Assembly (NCBI GenBank): GCA_951406725.2
Contig: OX597828.1
Span: 56,048,001-56,112,000, forward strand
Length of the DNA: 64,000 bases
Source of the DNA: Octopus vulgaris
Lineage: Eukaryota
Direction of reading: 5' to 3'
The translations under genes were made by a program, and so were the position numbers. The stretch's first letter is position 1, and every line of letters starts with the position of its first letter. Below, piece after piece: positions 1 to 13,684 of this stretch. Below the pieces are notes generated by a model. The model worked only from the letters and a program-made list of their open reading frames with translations. It did not search any database and was not told where the DNA came from.

Positions 1-1149
1 TATATCAAATATAACGTATCTTGAATGCCACAACAATGCAGACTGGACTATAATAATTGTTATAATTTAATTATTCATAGTCTGATATAATATTTCGGAA
101 TATAAAAATTCCTTTTTCACATATTGCTAGGAATAGACCGAATCCCTGCTATAATCGGTGTGTGTAGATGGGGGTTAAGTTTGTTTAGTGCAGGTCAATT
201 TAACCACAGACGGATCATGACATCGTAACGTGTCATTAATTTACAATTTATAAGCAACCAATTAACTCAATCTTAAATGCATTTCTCTGCACATCTCAGA
301 ATAGATTTTATGAGGTGATACGTGTCACGTCTTTACGCAGTTGAAACGCCAAAGAAGTAAAGATTATTATCACATCAGTTTGCTGTGTTATCTAAAACCA
401 TCTGTGTTAACTAAAATCACAAGCTAAAGAGATTGCCATTAACCTGTCACTTGAATGTAGAATTGGCTTCATTATCTTCCTCAAATTACATTCTACTGTT
501 TCAAAATATGAAGTACAGCTTGAATAATGTAACCATCGATATGATATTCACAATTAGTAATAACAGTGTAGCAAAAGGGCGGTGCATCAGCATGGCCACA
601 GCTCTGAGCTGAAACTAGAGAAAAAGTAATTAAGATGTGATGATCAGCACTATAATGCCTTCAGTCAAAAGTCTGCTTCCTCACAGTTAACTTAGTGTTA
701 AGCTACGACTAAATTCCGTCGTACAGTGACAATAGGTTATAAATCAATGAGAGCTTGTAATTTTACTTTATTCTAAAAACGATAGGGGATGACTGCTGTT
801 CAATCGTTTCACCCCGGTACATCGAATATTTAAAAAAAAAATGATAAATATCATATTGCGTTAGGTAAACAGTAGTGTCAGTGGTTACTGATTTTCAACC
901 GAGCGATCATTGGTTCTCTGTATTTTTGTCGACTGAAGAGAAAAAATGGTGTTCCTTCGGGTCAGTACAGAACAAATATCTTTCAACGAAGGACAGTTTA
1001 TCAGCTTTCTTGCTCGTGTTTCGCATTGTTCAACAATCATAATCGAGGAAGGACCTCCACACCCACACACACACATGCATGCATACATACAAGCATGTAA
1101 CGTATAAATACATAACACATATATGCATATACATACATTATATACATAT

Positions 1150-1460
1150 GCGTGGCATGTTCGGCAAGTGTCTTCTGCTATAGCCTCGAGCCGACCAAAG
1201 CCTTATGAGTGGATTTGGTAGACGGAAACTGAAAGAAGCACATCGTATAATTGTATATATATATATGTATTGTGTGTGTATGTTTGTCCCCCCAACATTG
1301 CTTGACAACTGTTGTGTTTACGTCCCAGTAAATTAGCGGTTCGGCAAAAGAGACCGATACAATAAGTCGCAGGCTTACAAAGATTTGGTCGACTAAAGCG
1401 GTGTCGAGCATGGCCGCAGTCAAATGACTGAAACAAGTAAAAGAATAAAAGAAAGAATAA
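1150..1460 (+). mobile_element. tRNA-derived SINE, family 1 (5' truncated)
   Basis: ggcaagtgtcttctgctatagcctcg...gtggatttggtagacggaaactgaaagaagc...gcatggccgcagtcaaatgactgaaacaagtaaaagaataaaaga; same sequence recurs inverted at 16012 and 63313. Confidence 0.85.
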
Positions 1461-1464
1461 AGAA

Positions 1465-1495
<31 letters not shown>

Positions 1496-1501
1496 TATTC
1501 G

Positions 1502-1601
<100 letters not shown>

Positions 1602-1635
1602 GTATATGTATATGTATACTATAAATATATATAAG

Positions 1636-2510
1636 GTGAAACACACCGCCTATGCGACTTTCTGGGCATGCTAGAGCATCTACCAAAAACCAAGGAAGAA
1701 GCACTATTAGTCTCCTTTGATGTCATCAACCTCTACACTAACATTCCACGCGACTACGGAATAGAGGCAATAAAATGCTGGTTAGAAAAATACCTCGAAG
1801 CCCTCCCGGACCACATAAACCAGACTTTTGTCATTGAATCCCTGACGTTCATCCTACAAAACAAATACTTCCTATTCGATGCAACACACTACCGCCAAAA
1901 ATGCGGTATTGCGATGGTAATGAAAGCAGCGTTTGTCCTTGAAAACCTAATAATGGGTTTCTTTGAATCTACCCTATATGAACTTAAGCTCAAAAGATTT
2001 GGATCCCCATTCCACCAGTATATAAAAGTAAACTGGAAAAACTATAATAAACTCCTGGATTTCGAATTCACACTGAGCAATATAAACTCCAATATTCAAT
2101 TTACAATGGAATATACCAAGGAACCGCTCCCATTTCTGGGCATTTTGATTATAAAAAATCCAACAACCAAATTGCAATTGACATTGCTACAAACCAATAG
2201 ACTCAAAACAGTATCTCCTTTTCAGTTCATGCCATCCTAAACACACCAAAATATATATCCCTTTCAATCTAGCTAAAAGGATTTATACAATTGTATATAA
2301 CACAACCACTCGGGAACTTCGCCTACAAGACCTCAAAATAAAACTCATTGAAAGTCAATGCCTCACCGCACTTATAGACCACGGAATTGAACGTGCCAAG
2401 AAATTTGACAGACACACACTAATGACAACAAAACAAAACACCACACTTCACTTTAACTCACTCCCATACATAAGCATACGGCCGACTTCCTAGCAGTAAG
2501 CCCTGCCAAT
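1636..2510 (+). pseudogene. Penelope-like element reverse transcriptase fragment
   Basis: ORF 1668-2240 has LVSFDVINLYTNIP, ILQNKYFLFD, YRQKCGIAM and IQFTME..LPFL, then in another frame KPIDSKQYLLFSSCHPKH, all PLE RT motifs. The YxDD segment is missing and there is a frameshift. Follows a (TA)n tract. Confidence 0.85.
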
Positions 2511-2865
2511 ATACACACATATATATATATATGTACATATACATACATACACGTATGTGTGTGTGTGTGAGTGTTGTGTCTGACGAGTTTTCCAACCGTT
2601 CTGCGTCTTTAATTTGTGCGTCATATTTTATGAAGACTGGAAGTTATGCCAGAAGACATCGGAAGTTTTTGTTAATTAGCTCCACATACTTTGAAAGATG
2701 CCTTTATAACCATACAACTAAGTATGAAGGCAAATAACTTCTTACCGTTGTAGTTGTTGTTGTTATTGTTATTGTTGTTGTAATGGTGGTAGTGGTTGGC
2801 ATTACAGGTATTGTTGCTGCAGTTCTTAATGTAGTTCTTCATACTTTTTCTCTGCCTTGCAACAG

Positions 2866-3090
2866 GAAACTCTGTGATGATTTGAAGAAGCGATATTCAG
2901 AATGGGAAGGAATGTCTACCTGCATCGGTGATATTTTCGTCATATTCTGTCAAAATTTGGGAACCTACGTAAATATGGTGAATAACCATGAAGCGATCCT
3001 GCGATGTATTGAACGTTGTAGAGAGCATATACCGATCTTTCGTGCATTTCTATTACGAAACGAACGTAAACCGGAGGCCAAGATGTTAAC
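2866..3090 (+). CDS. ECT2L: Internal exon of DH-domain Rho GEF gene (ECT2L-like)
   Basis: Acceptor ...tttttctctgccttgcaacAG|g and donor ac|GTGAGT; 225 nt, phase 2 at both ends. Peptide KLCDDLKKRYSEWEGMSTCIGDIFVIFCQNLGTYVNMVNNHEAILRCIERCREHIPIFRAFLLRNERKPEAKML is typical of a DH domain and recalls vertebrate ECT2L. The symbol comes from remembered similarity, not a search. Confidence 0.85.
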
Positions 3091-3121
3091 GTGAGTTTGT
3101 TTTATATATTATGTATGTATG

Positions 3122-3125
<4 letters not shown>

Positions 3126-3213
<88 letters not shown>

Positions 3214-3220
3214 CTGTCCT

Positions 3221-3264
<44 letters not shown>

Positions 3265-3300
3265 GTCTATCTGTCTATCTGTCTTTCTATCTACATATCT
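3126..3300. repeat. (TATC)n/(TC)n microsatellite
   Basis: Direct reading. Confidence 0.95.
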
Positions 3301-3479
3301 ATCCATTTACCGTTTACATATTTCACGTGCACTCCATTGTATTGTATTGTATTGTAACGTCGCGCAGAATATGTTACAATATATGCTTCATAGGTAAACT
3401 GTTTTCATTATATCTTTGTTGTTCCAGTGCAGTTCATATTTATAGCTTACCACGATTCTCGTTATGTTTCTATTTAAGA

Positions 3480-3690
3480 GTAGTGGCATGCTAGAATAGT
3501 TAGTGCATATCAAAATACCTAGCAACATTTCTTGAAGTCGTTTACATTCTAAATTCGAATCCCGACAAGATCAACTTTATCTTTCATTCTTCCAGATTCA
3601 GTGATATAGAAACCGTAAAGTGCTGGGGTCGATTTGATCGACTAATACTTCCCAACAAATTTCTGGACTTGTGCCTATGTTATAAAATTA
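3480..3690 (+). mobile_element. Degenerate SINE, family 2
   Basis: Diverged match to the 34332-34566 copy (attcgaatcccgacaagatcaactttatctttcattc...ctggggtcgatttgatcgact). Confidence 0.6.
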
Positions 3691-3740
3691 TCTACTCTCT
3701 CATTGGTTCTCAATTTGTTTTACATTAAAATATAAAAAAA

Positions 3741-3992
3741 ATAAATGCGTCCTTTTAAAGCCTAGCCAGGCTGATGGGCCCGGTTTCCCAGTTTCTATGG
3801 TGTATGTATACCCCAGCTGGATGGGACGCCAGTCCATCGCAGCGTTACTTATTTTTGCCAGCTGAGTGGACTGGAGCAACGTGAAATGAAGTGTTTTGCT
3901 CAAGAACACAACGCGTCGCCCAGTCCAGGAATCGAAACCACAATTTTACGATCATGATGCTGACACACTAACCACTATGTCACGCGTCTACG
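3741..3992 (-). mobile_element. tRNA-derived SINE, family 3
   Basis: Reverse complement of 22403-22665, with A/B-box head (tagtggttag...ggtttcgattcct) and core tgtgttcttgagcaaaacactt...gcgatggactggcgtcccatccag. Confidence 0.85.
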
Positions 3993-4460
3993 TACATTAT
4001 AACATAGTAAGAATAATGTAAAAACTATATTACGGTGGCACGTTGGATTGAAATTAAATAAACTGTTTAAAAATTCAAAATTTGGAAAAAAATATATAAA
4101 GTATTGCTTGCCTTAATCAGGTTTGTGTGTAACAATATTATGTGTAACAATATTATGAGTAGCAAGTTTTGTAAGAAACTCAAGGATTAATATGATTTTA
4201 TATCATTAATTATATATCTTACAGTGTATAGCTTCGATTTATTTCTTTGATTTATGAGTCGTAGAAATAATAGAATTGCTGCGTGTATAAAATGTCATAC
4301 TTAAATTATAAAAGTACTCGGCTCACCGTTTGGAAAAATTGATTTAGAATTTCATTTGATCTAGATTAATTTAATCTTGCATGTAACCTACAAATAACTA
4401 AATGTTTTGTTTGAAAAAAGGCACCTATTGGAAATTTTTCAATATCATTATCTCAAATTA

Positions 4461-5336
4461 CGTAGTCTGATCAATAAGTATCCGGACTGTTGTCATAGTA
4501 ACGAAGCTAAAGCATGCAACGTGAAACCGCTTGTAACAGATTGATATTGAACTCTGTTGTGCATGCATATTATGTTTTAACGTTCTAAACCACTTCCGCT
4601 ATTTATAGCAGTGCTTGGAAGGAAGGTGTGTAACGTTTGATCGTTTCACTGAATATTACGGAGAAAGATGAAAAGAAAATAAGCTTCACGATACCCGCTC
4701 AGAGGCTTACGCAAAGTTTTCAAGCAGTTTTCATAGTTCTCGTCACAATCAAGAAAATCTTGTGCAACTGAAATTCGAGTGTTTTCCTGGTCAGCTGAAA
4801 GCAGTTTTGGTACAAATTTGAGGGACATGCGTATCATACCCAAATCTTCAGTGATAATGGACTGAACTAATACGTAACAAATCTGCACATCCTCTGGTAA
4901 ATTATGGGTGGTGATTCGACGATTTCCCCCACAGCTGCGCGCACATATGTGATGTGTTTCTCAGTTCTGCTGGCTGCGGCTCTCCCAGAACGTTCGTCAC
5001 TATTGACATTTTTTCGGCCATCTTGTAAAAGTCTGAACCACTCGTGCACTTGTGTGTGGGTCAAACACTCCTCTCCATACACTTTCTGGAACTTTGTGTA
5101 GGCCTCTGAGCAGGTATTGACATGGCAACATTTTTCTGTTATGGTCAATGCGACGGTCACACGTTACACACGTTATTTCCAAGCACTGTTGTAAACAGGG
5201 GAAGTGAGCTAAAACATTAACATTTTGTGCGCATGCACAGCGGATGTCAAGGTCAATCTGTGCCCTGTGGCTTCACTTTGCATGCTTTAGCTTTGTTACT
5301 ATCGCAACAGTTCGGATACTTATTGATCAGAGCTCG
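4461..5336 (-). mobile_element. Internally deleted mariner DNA transposon
   Basis: TA-flanked TIRs (cgtagtctgatcaataagtatccggactgttg / caacagttcggatacttattgatcagagctcg) extended by ~160 bp of imperfect inverted repeat. Remnant transposase KVYGEECLTHTQVHEWF...DERSGR and LGM....KFVPKLLS. Confidence 0.9.
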
Positions 5337-5847
5337 TAAGTAAATTTTCACACACAAGAAATTTTAGAAGTCTGGCATGTAAGTATGAGACTTGTTTCGC
5401 TGGCGACGTGAAATAAAACCAAAACCTGTCCGAAGTTGCACTCTAGCTATTACAGCTCAGCTCGATTCAACCCCTTTGAATTTCTTAATTCTCTCCTTTG
5501 TCCCGTTTGGGAAGAATTGTCAGTTACGGTAATGATTTTCTGAAAATTACGGGATGACTTTCGGTTGATTAAAACTGTTTAGCGGTTCATTATACAAAAT
5601 ATGTTAAGCCGCACTTCACGGTGAAGTATTATAATTTTTATCATAATTATTAATGAAGCTGGAGTGATGTTGCAGATATCTTTAGCAAGAAGTTCAGACC
5701 TTTTGATCATGTTATACATCAATTTAAATTGATCTCATTTATAATTTATTCTGTTATGATCAACACTAGAAATTCTAGTATTTCTATGACTGATAAATTA
5801 TGGAAAGACATCGAAGCTATACACTATCATAAAAATAATTAATGCAA

Positions 5848-6030
5848 TTTGGCGATAGTGGGTAAGTAAATTACATCGACCCTAGTGTTTAACTGGTACT
5901 TATTGTATCAATCCTGAAAGTGATGAAATTCAAAGACAATCTTGGTGGAATTTAAACACATTGTAAATACGAACGGATTATCGCCCAGCATTTCGCCCGC
6001 CATGTTAACAATTCTGCAGGCTTGCCACTT
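5848..6030 (-). mobile_element. Degenerate SINE, family 2
   Basis: tacatcgaccctagtgtttaactggtactta...tggtggaatttaaac matches the reverse complement of family 2. Confidence 0.6.
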
Positions 6031-6539
6031 TATAGAGTAAATGAATGTTATCAGCATATGTTTTTAGAATCTCCAGCTTTGAGAAACTGCTACGATACTT
6101 TGTGCGCTGGGAGAATTTGTCCAGCTTTATACAATTTATTTTAAACATATAGAGATATTCGGCAACGTATTTCAAAAGACTAAAGCGTTTCTAGCGTATT
6201 CGAGATGTACTGAATAAAATGTTTGTTTGTTTTTTCTTCTGTGATTAAAATTACTTTCTTCTTGAAGTAAAGATGAAAATAATTAATAACAACTCTCAAG
6301 GGAGAGTTGAAACGTGCTTTACAAAAATTATTTTTCAAATACCATAATTTCATATGATTGCAGTTTTGGTACTACATGTGTGGTTTGCTTAAGATAACAT
6401 GATTAAAAAGAACAATAAATAATGAAATCAATAAAGCATTCATAGGGTACCACGAATTTTCAACAATCTTTTAGATTTTTAAAATAATCGTGGAATTTCA
6501 CGGATAGTACTTATTATTGATGAAATATATTAAATATTT

Positions 6540-6874
6540 GAGTAGTTGTATACTGTCAACTTAAAGTGACAGTCTCATGAAGGTAATCACACTACTGCTA
6601 TTTAGCCCTTGGAAGCAGCAACGCTTCCTGTCGGCCTTGACACATTTCCTGTGTCCTTATGCTACTCCAGACTGATGACGAGCAAAGACACAGAAACTAG
6701 TCACTGGGTGCAGGCTCAGCTGGGTGGAGGTGCTTATCTCCCCCTTGTAAACATAAGGAAACAGGAAATGTATCAAGGCCGATAAGAAGTGTTGCTGCGT
6801 CCGAAGGCTAAATAGCAGCAGTGTGATTCCCTTCATTAGGACTGTCACATTAAGTTGACAGTATACAACTACTC
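6540..6874. mobile_element. Fold-back element with ~120 bp imperfect inverted arms and a hammerhead-like motif in the spacer
   Basis: gagtagttgtatactgtcaacttaa...ccttatg pairs with cataagg...ttaagttgacagtatacaactactc; the spacer holds ccag-a-CTGATGA...GAAACTAGTC-a-ctgg. Confidence 0.85.
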
Positions 6875-7746
6875 TATCGTACCACTACTGCATATATCTC
6901 TCTGAGATATTTAGAAATGTAATATTTCTATATTGAATATTTATTTATAATTAAAAAATTATATTCGTTAAAACATAATAATAATTACAAAATTACTATT
7001 TGTAAATCTCACAACGAAGGATATTCAGTAATAATACTTTAGAGTAAAGATTATTTACCAACATAACATGGTAGTCCTGGTTTAGAAAGAATGTTACTGT
7101 AATTTAAACTCAGGAGACTTCGTCGGAAACTATGCATTTCGAAATTTGGCAGCGCTACCTCTTGCCGAACTGAAGAGTAGCATCTGCGGGAGACGATTAA
7201 CCGGCATCCGAATCATATTGGCCAACCTAACGGAGAAAATGACACATGTACAAGAAAAATAAAAGGACTCTAAAAAAAGTGAAAGCAACTCAAAGCCTGC
7301 TATCAAACCAACTGAAAGAAAAAGTACAGCAGCAACAAATTTATATATATAATTACACAAGCATACACGCGCGGGCAATGTCATATGTCTCTGAGAGAGA
7401 GTATATTGGCAGAATCCACCACCATCCATTAAATTACAACAGTATCAGGTTTAATACACGGTTTTATATCAAGTCTGTTGTGAAATGCAAGAACGAAATA
7501 TGTTTGTGTACGTCTGTGGAGTATGCAGGTATGAGTGTATGGGTGTATGCATATATGTATATGTGTGTGTATATATATATATATATGTATGCATATATAT
7601 ATATATATACACGAAAATACATATATGTATGTATATATATGTATATATATATATATATATGTAGGTCCCGGGTTGATTCGGGGTTAACCACAGTAAGTAA
7701 GGTACTCAATACATAGCAGAGTAAAATTAATTTATTATATAGAAGG

Positions 7747-7797
7747 AGCTTCTACAGGACTAGTACTGTTTCATTCAAGAGAAATCTTCAGGAAGCT
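7747..7797 (-). ncRNA. Type I hammerhead ribozyme motif
   Basis: agcttc-CTGAAGA-t ttc tctt gaa t-GAA-acag tactagtc ctgt-A-gaagct: stem I 6 bp, weak stem II with a U.U closing mismatch, stem III 4 bp, GUA cleavage triplet. Confidence 0.7.
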
Positions 7798-8179
7798 ATT
7801 TAACAAGAATTGTATTAGCATTTATACATTTAGGCAGGTTTAAAGGAGTGGTGGTGGGGGACTTTTTGGGGGTAGGCATAGCGCAAAATATCATACTTGG
7901 GGGAGTGGTCAAGGAGTCAGTGGTAAGTTAGATGAAAGAATAGATAAATAAAAAAATAAAAAAATAAAAAATAAAAAAATAAAAAAATAAAATAAAAAAA
8001 TAAAAAAATAAAAAATATAAAAAATATATATAAAAAAATATATATATAAAATATATATATAAAAAATATATATATAAAAAAGGGGGGATAGAGTTATAGG
8101 TAAATAAGGAGATTCTCACTTATACCTATACACACATGTATACGTATCTACACACACATACATACATACACATATATAT

Positions 8180-8226
<47 letters not shown>

Positions 8227-9102
8227 CATATGTACACACATACATACATATCTACATACACACATACATACACCCGCCCACATATACAAATTTATACACA
8301 TGCACATGCCTATACCTGTCTACACATACACACACGTATATATGCATACACTCACTCCCATGCATGCACGCATACACACATGTATATATATATATATATA
8401 TACCCACGACCACACATACATATATACACATAAAAATATATATTCATACGCACATACACTCATGCACACACAACACACCTAGTTCCCTATATACACATAT
8501 TTACACCTATATATACATACACCCACATACACCTATGTACACATATATATATATAAACATATACACGCATACATATATATACATGTGTGCACATACATAC
8601 ATACACACATATATACATACACATACACATACACATGTGTACCTATACATACCTACACATACACACATACATACATACAAATGTACATATACATATATAT
8701 ATATACAATCCAATACAGGCCCATTCCCTAATTTTAATTTTATTATCTTCATTTATTACTTTTGTTATCTTTGATCGCTAGGGCTAAGAATCCTGGCAAT
8801 GGCTGCATGTCCATTTGTCTGTCTACTAGAAGGCAAGTACTCATTCCCGCACGCACACTCAATAGCACGTACATTCACCCATTCGTACACTCATACACAT
8901 ACACGTACGCACGCGTTATATTCATACATACAAACATCTACATACGTTCACGTATATACACATACGTACTCGTACCTACAGATTCGTGTCTACACTTTAG
9001 GAGGCTAGTCTATACATATACACCAATAAATATACATATATATATATATACCCGCATATACATACACACACACACATATATACTCCTACATACAGATACA
9101 TA

Positions 9103-9158
<56 letters not shown>

Positions 9159-9653
9159 CATACACATACACACATACATATACACACACATACATACACA
9201 TATATATACATACACAAACATATATACACACATATATATATACATACACACATACACACATACATACGTATACATACATACATACATCCATACATCCATA
9301 CTTACATGCATTTATACGCATACACACACCCATCTATATATATGTATATATATATATATATATATATACACACTCACACATACATATACAAATCTACGCA
9401 CACACATACATACATACACGTATACGCATACACGCACATACACATATACATGCGTACCCATACACGTGCACACACGCACGCGCATCCATATATATACACA
9501 CACACACATATATATACACGTGTGCAAGCATACATACATACTCATACGCGCACACATACTTACAAATACATATATGCACACACTTACACACATATATATA
9601 CATACACATATACATGCATACATACATATATGCATACATACACACACGCACTC

Positions 9654-9744
<91 letters not shown>

Positions 9745-9807
9745 TATATACATATATAGATATATATACACATACATACACATACACATACATACACACA
9801 TATACAC

Positions 9808-9842
<35 letters not shown>

Positions 9843-10049
9843 TACATATATACACATATACATACATATACATACACACACACATACATATATACATATA
9901 CACTGATACACATACCCATACATACACATGCATATACTTATATCACTACATACTCACATATATAAACATATATACATATATACACACATACATATATACA
10001 TGTACATACACATACGTATGCATATATATATATATACATATATATACAC

Positions 10050-10088
<39 letters not shown>

Positions 10089-10348
10089 TACATATACACA
10101 TATACATGTATACATACGCAAAAATGATACACATATATACACATACACACACACAGACAGATGCATATACATACATATATATATATAAACTACATATCTA
10201 TATAAATACATACATAATACACATATACACACACATATATATATACATTCATGCATATACATATACAAGTATACATACACATACATACACACACACGCGC
10301 ACACATACATATACACACACACATATACAAATACATACATACACACAT

Positions 10349-10386
<38 letters not shown>

Positions 10387-10417
10387 ACATGTACACATAT
10401 ACATATGTATATATATA

Positions 10418-10636
10418 TCAACAAGGGAGGGTAAAGTTAATTAGTTATTAATCAATTTCATCAAGTGTTCAGTATGTAAAGGGACCATTATTATTTTGAG
10501 TAAACAATGTTAGAGGGAAAAAAATTCTCTAAGTAGTGGAAGAGGCTAAAAAACTTTATTGGCTGCTATTTCTAGAAAGTTTAGTATGTGGCAAAGTAAT
10601 TTATTTTATTTTCCTAAGCCCTAATTATATAATATT
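10418..10636. mobile_element. Rearranged remnant related to the 564-nt hammerhead repeat family
   Basis: tcaacaagggagggtaaagttaatt...gtgttcagtatgtaaagggaccatt and gagtaaacaatg...ggctgctatttcta...gtatgtggcaaagtaattt...ctaagccctaattatataat match both orientations of 35519-37079; no hammerhead retained. Confidence 0.75.
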
Positions 10637-10752
10637 TTATACATACATACACATACATAAGCACATACATTTACACATACATATGCATATACATATATAC
10701 ACATATACATACAAACACATATACACATATACACACACACACACATACAAGC

Positions 10753-10809
<57 letters not shown>

Positions 10810-11355
10810 AATATATATACATATATATTTTTACATGCATACATACACACACACACACATAATACATGCGTATATTCCTACTGTACCCATGCATTTCTAT
10901 ACATATATACATACATACATACGATACACATATACAAGCGTGCACATATAATATGTGAAAGGTCTTAGGAGAAAAGGTAATCGGGGGTGCTAGGGGAACA
11001 GTGGGGTTGGGGGGGTTGTAGGGGGGGTTGTCATCAATCAGGTTGCCGGGTAGGTCTATAGTTCTTGTAGTTCGCATACTTCTTATGCATGCAATTTGGG
11101 GAGTGTTCTGAAAATTTGTTAAGGAGAGGGCCTTTGGCGAACAAGATCTCTAGGCTCTCTGATATGCATAGGTCGTGGGTATATATATATATATATATAC
11201 ATGTGTGTATGCGTGCATGCATGGGAGTGAGTGTATGCATATATACGTGTGTGTATGTGTAGACAGGTATAGGCATGTGCATGTGTATAAATTTGTATAT
11301 GTGGGCGGGTGTATGTATGTGTGTATGTAGATATGTATGTATGTGTGTACATATG

Positions 11356-11400
<45 letters not shown>

Positions 11401-11783
11401 ATATATATGTGTATGTATGTATGTGTGTGTAGATACGTATACATGTGTGTATAGGTATAAGTGAGAATCTCCTTATTTACCTATAACTCTATCCCCCCTT
11501 TTTTTATATATATATTTTTTTATATATATATTTTATATATATATTTTTTTATATATATTTTTTATATTTTTTATTTTTTTATTTTTTATTTTATTTTTTT
11601 ATTTTTTTATTTTTTATTTTTTTATTTTTTTATTTATCTATTCTTTCATCTAACTTACCACTGACTCCTTGACCACTCCCCCAAGTATGATATTTTGCGC
11701 TATGCCTACCCCCAAAAAGTCCCCCACCACCACTCCTTTAAACCTGCCTAAATGTATAAATGCTAATACAATTCTTGTTAAAT

Positions 11784-11834
11784 AGCTTCCTGAAGATTTC
11801 TCTTGAATGAAACAGTACTAGTCCTGTAGAAGCT
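11784..11834 (+). ncRNA. Type I hammerhead ribozyme motif (inverted copy of 7747-7797)
   Basis: Same sequence on the + strand; predicted cleavage after A11828. Confidence 0.7.
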
Positions 11835-11844
11835 CCTTCTATAT

Positions 11845-11926
<82 letters not shown>

Positions 11927-12388
11927 TCATATATATGTCATCAAGAAAATATAGTTGATATATATGATATATAACACTGTTCACATTTACATTTCAAATG
12001 AAGAGCGGTGAAGATCAGTCACATTTCAACAGAATGCTATTGGTTTCCGGCCTGAGAGAGATTCTAATGTCAACATCATAAAGGTCAAATTTCTGGTGAC
12101 CTATAAGTATCACTTTACATCTCAGGTGAGATTGTTGTGAAATGGCTAAGTGGTTAGCATCTAGCATGTAGGTTTCCATTTTAAAACTAACTATACACAT
12201 TTTCGTTACGTATTTGAACAGAACAGTTTATTTTGCATGCTTTAGTATGCCTTGTGTCTATAGTTGAAAGGATTATTATTATTAAAGGATAAAATATATA
12301 AGCGAAACACAAAGATAAATAAATACAATATATATATATATACATACGTATATATATATTAATACATATAATGTATGTACACACAGGC

Positions 12389-12438
<50 letters not shown>

Positions 12439-12705
12439 GAGGATAATATCGATATTTAAGTGTCGAAATTATCAAGTGGCCAGCATGAAAGAAATACCTT
12501 ACAAAGGTAACAAATTTTTAACAATTAAAAATGAGGGTGTCTAAAAGACACCAACATGCCGAAATGGCAGTCGAAACTCTGACTATAAAACCACGTGAAA
12601 TATATCTAAATGGAGAAATATATCTAAATCAATCATCAACTATCAGATAATACCGAATCATATACTTTATTAAAACACTACACAATAGCAATGAAAATAT
12701 ATATA

Positions 12706-13057
12706 TAAGTAGTTGAATGAATTATCTTAGTATGGATAATTCGGTTAATCGATACCTGGGTAGTAAATTCACGTCAGAAAAACACGGTTGAAGCTACATG
12801 CCAAGGGCAGAGATCACGTGCTTTCGTGTGGAAATTTGTGTGTTTTTTTTAAATACAAATAAATGAAAGAATGGAGTTGAACGACGATTTAACAAAGCTT
12901 TTGTTCATCTTGATGCTCACATAAGTTCCTTGTTTTTCCTGATGAGAAGGCGGCATAATGCACCCCTTATTCCTTCGAAATTAGGAATATGCAGCCTTCG
13001 AAACATATGTCGAGAATAAAGGAATTTTGTTAATTCGTCGTTCAACTCCATTCTTAC

Positions 13058-13060
<3 letters not shown>
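12706..13060. mobile_element. (TA)n-inserted fold-back element carrying a hammerhead
   Basis: Arms agaatggagttgaacgacgatttaacaaa / tttgttaattcgtcgttcaactccattct; head homologous to 32701-32926. Confidence 0.8.
12926..13024 (+). ncRNA. Type I hammerhead ribozyme motif with palindromic stem III
   Basis: ttccttgtttttc-CTGATGA-gaaggc...gccttc-GAA-acatatgt-C-gagaataaaggaa; canonical core, GUC cleavage after 13011, stem I 11/13 pairs. Confidence 0.85.
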
Positions 13061-13135
<75 letters not shown>

Positions 13136-13137
<2 letters not shown>

Positions 13138-13639
13138 CAAAGTGGAGTTGTAAAGTACCGCACGAGTGGAATTATATATGAAAGAAGGTTTGAAAATGCA
13201 ATTTTAAAAGATGTTTATGAACATGTTAAGAACAGTTTACCAGGGAAAAACTTGGGAAAATATAAAATAGTTTAACAAGTTCATTAAAATATAGATATTG
13301 CATATTGAGAAAGAAGAGGCCGTCAGGAGTTTAGATAAATCTTTATTAGCGCCTCCGTTCGTTTTTCGAACTCGTGAAGACAAAATTAAAATCAAATGTA
13401 ACCTTTTGGGACTTACAATTTTCTGTGTATATATATATACAGATACAATACCAATATTCTTCTGAACTTTTTAATAACTCTTTCTGTAAACTGTTTTTAA
13501 CATTCTCTAAGTATCAAAGAATGTATATATGTATTGTAATCTTTGGTACCCAATCTTTTAATGAACTTATCAAATATTTTTATATTTTCCCAAGATTTTC
13601 CCTTCTAAACTGTTATTAACATGTTCTTATTATCAAAGA

Positions 13640-13684
<45 letters not shown>

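Larger units (their letters stand above)
7661..11849 (-). mobile_element. 5'-truncated Penelope-like element with inverted pLTR copy
   Basis: ~680 bp near-perfect inverted repeats 7732-8411 / 11171-11849, each with a hammerhead. A 70-nt unique extension at 7661-7731 is shared with 49938. Minus-strand peptide DLCISESLEILFAKGPLLNKFSEHSPNCMHKK (11034-11175) resembles the C-terminus of PLE ORFs. Flanked by (TA)n. Confidence 0.75.

Noticed and set aside
2783-2865. Hydrophobic N-terminus of ORF 2783-3094 as a signal or transmembrane segment
   Set aside because: It is intronic (GTT)n-derived sequence upstream of the AG acceptor at 2864-2865.
7125-7215. ctgaagagtagcatctgcgggagac as a hammerhead
   Set aside because: The GAAA box is absent and stems I/III cannot be built convincingly.
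8116-11077. Long ORFs (up to 560 aa) of Y/I/H/T/C/V/M residues, and similar ORFs at 42000-42692 and 55600-57300
   Set aside because: Translations of TA/CA/TG microsatellites that lack stop codons; no protein signal.
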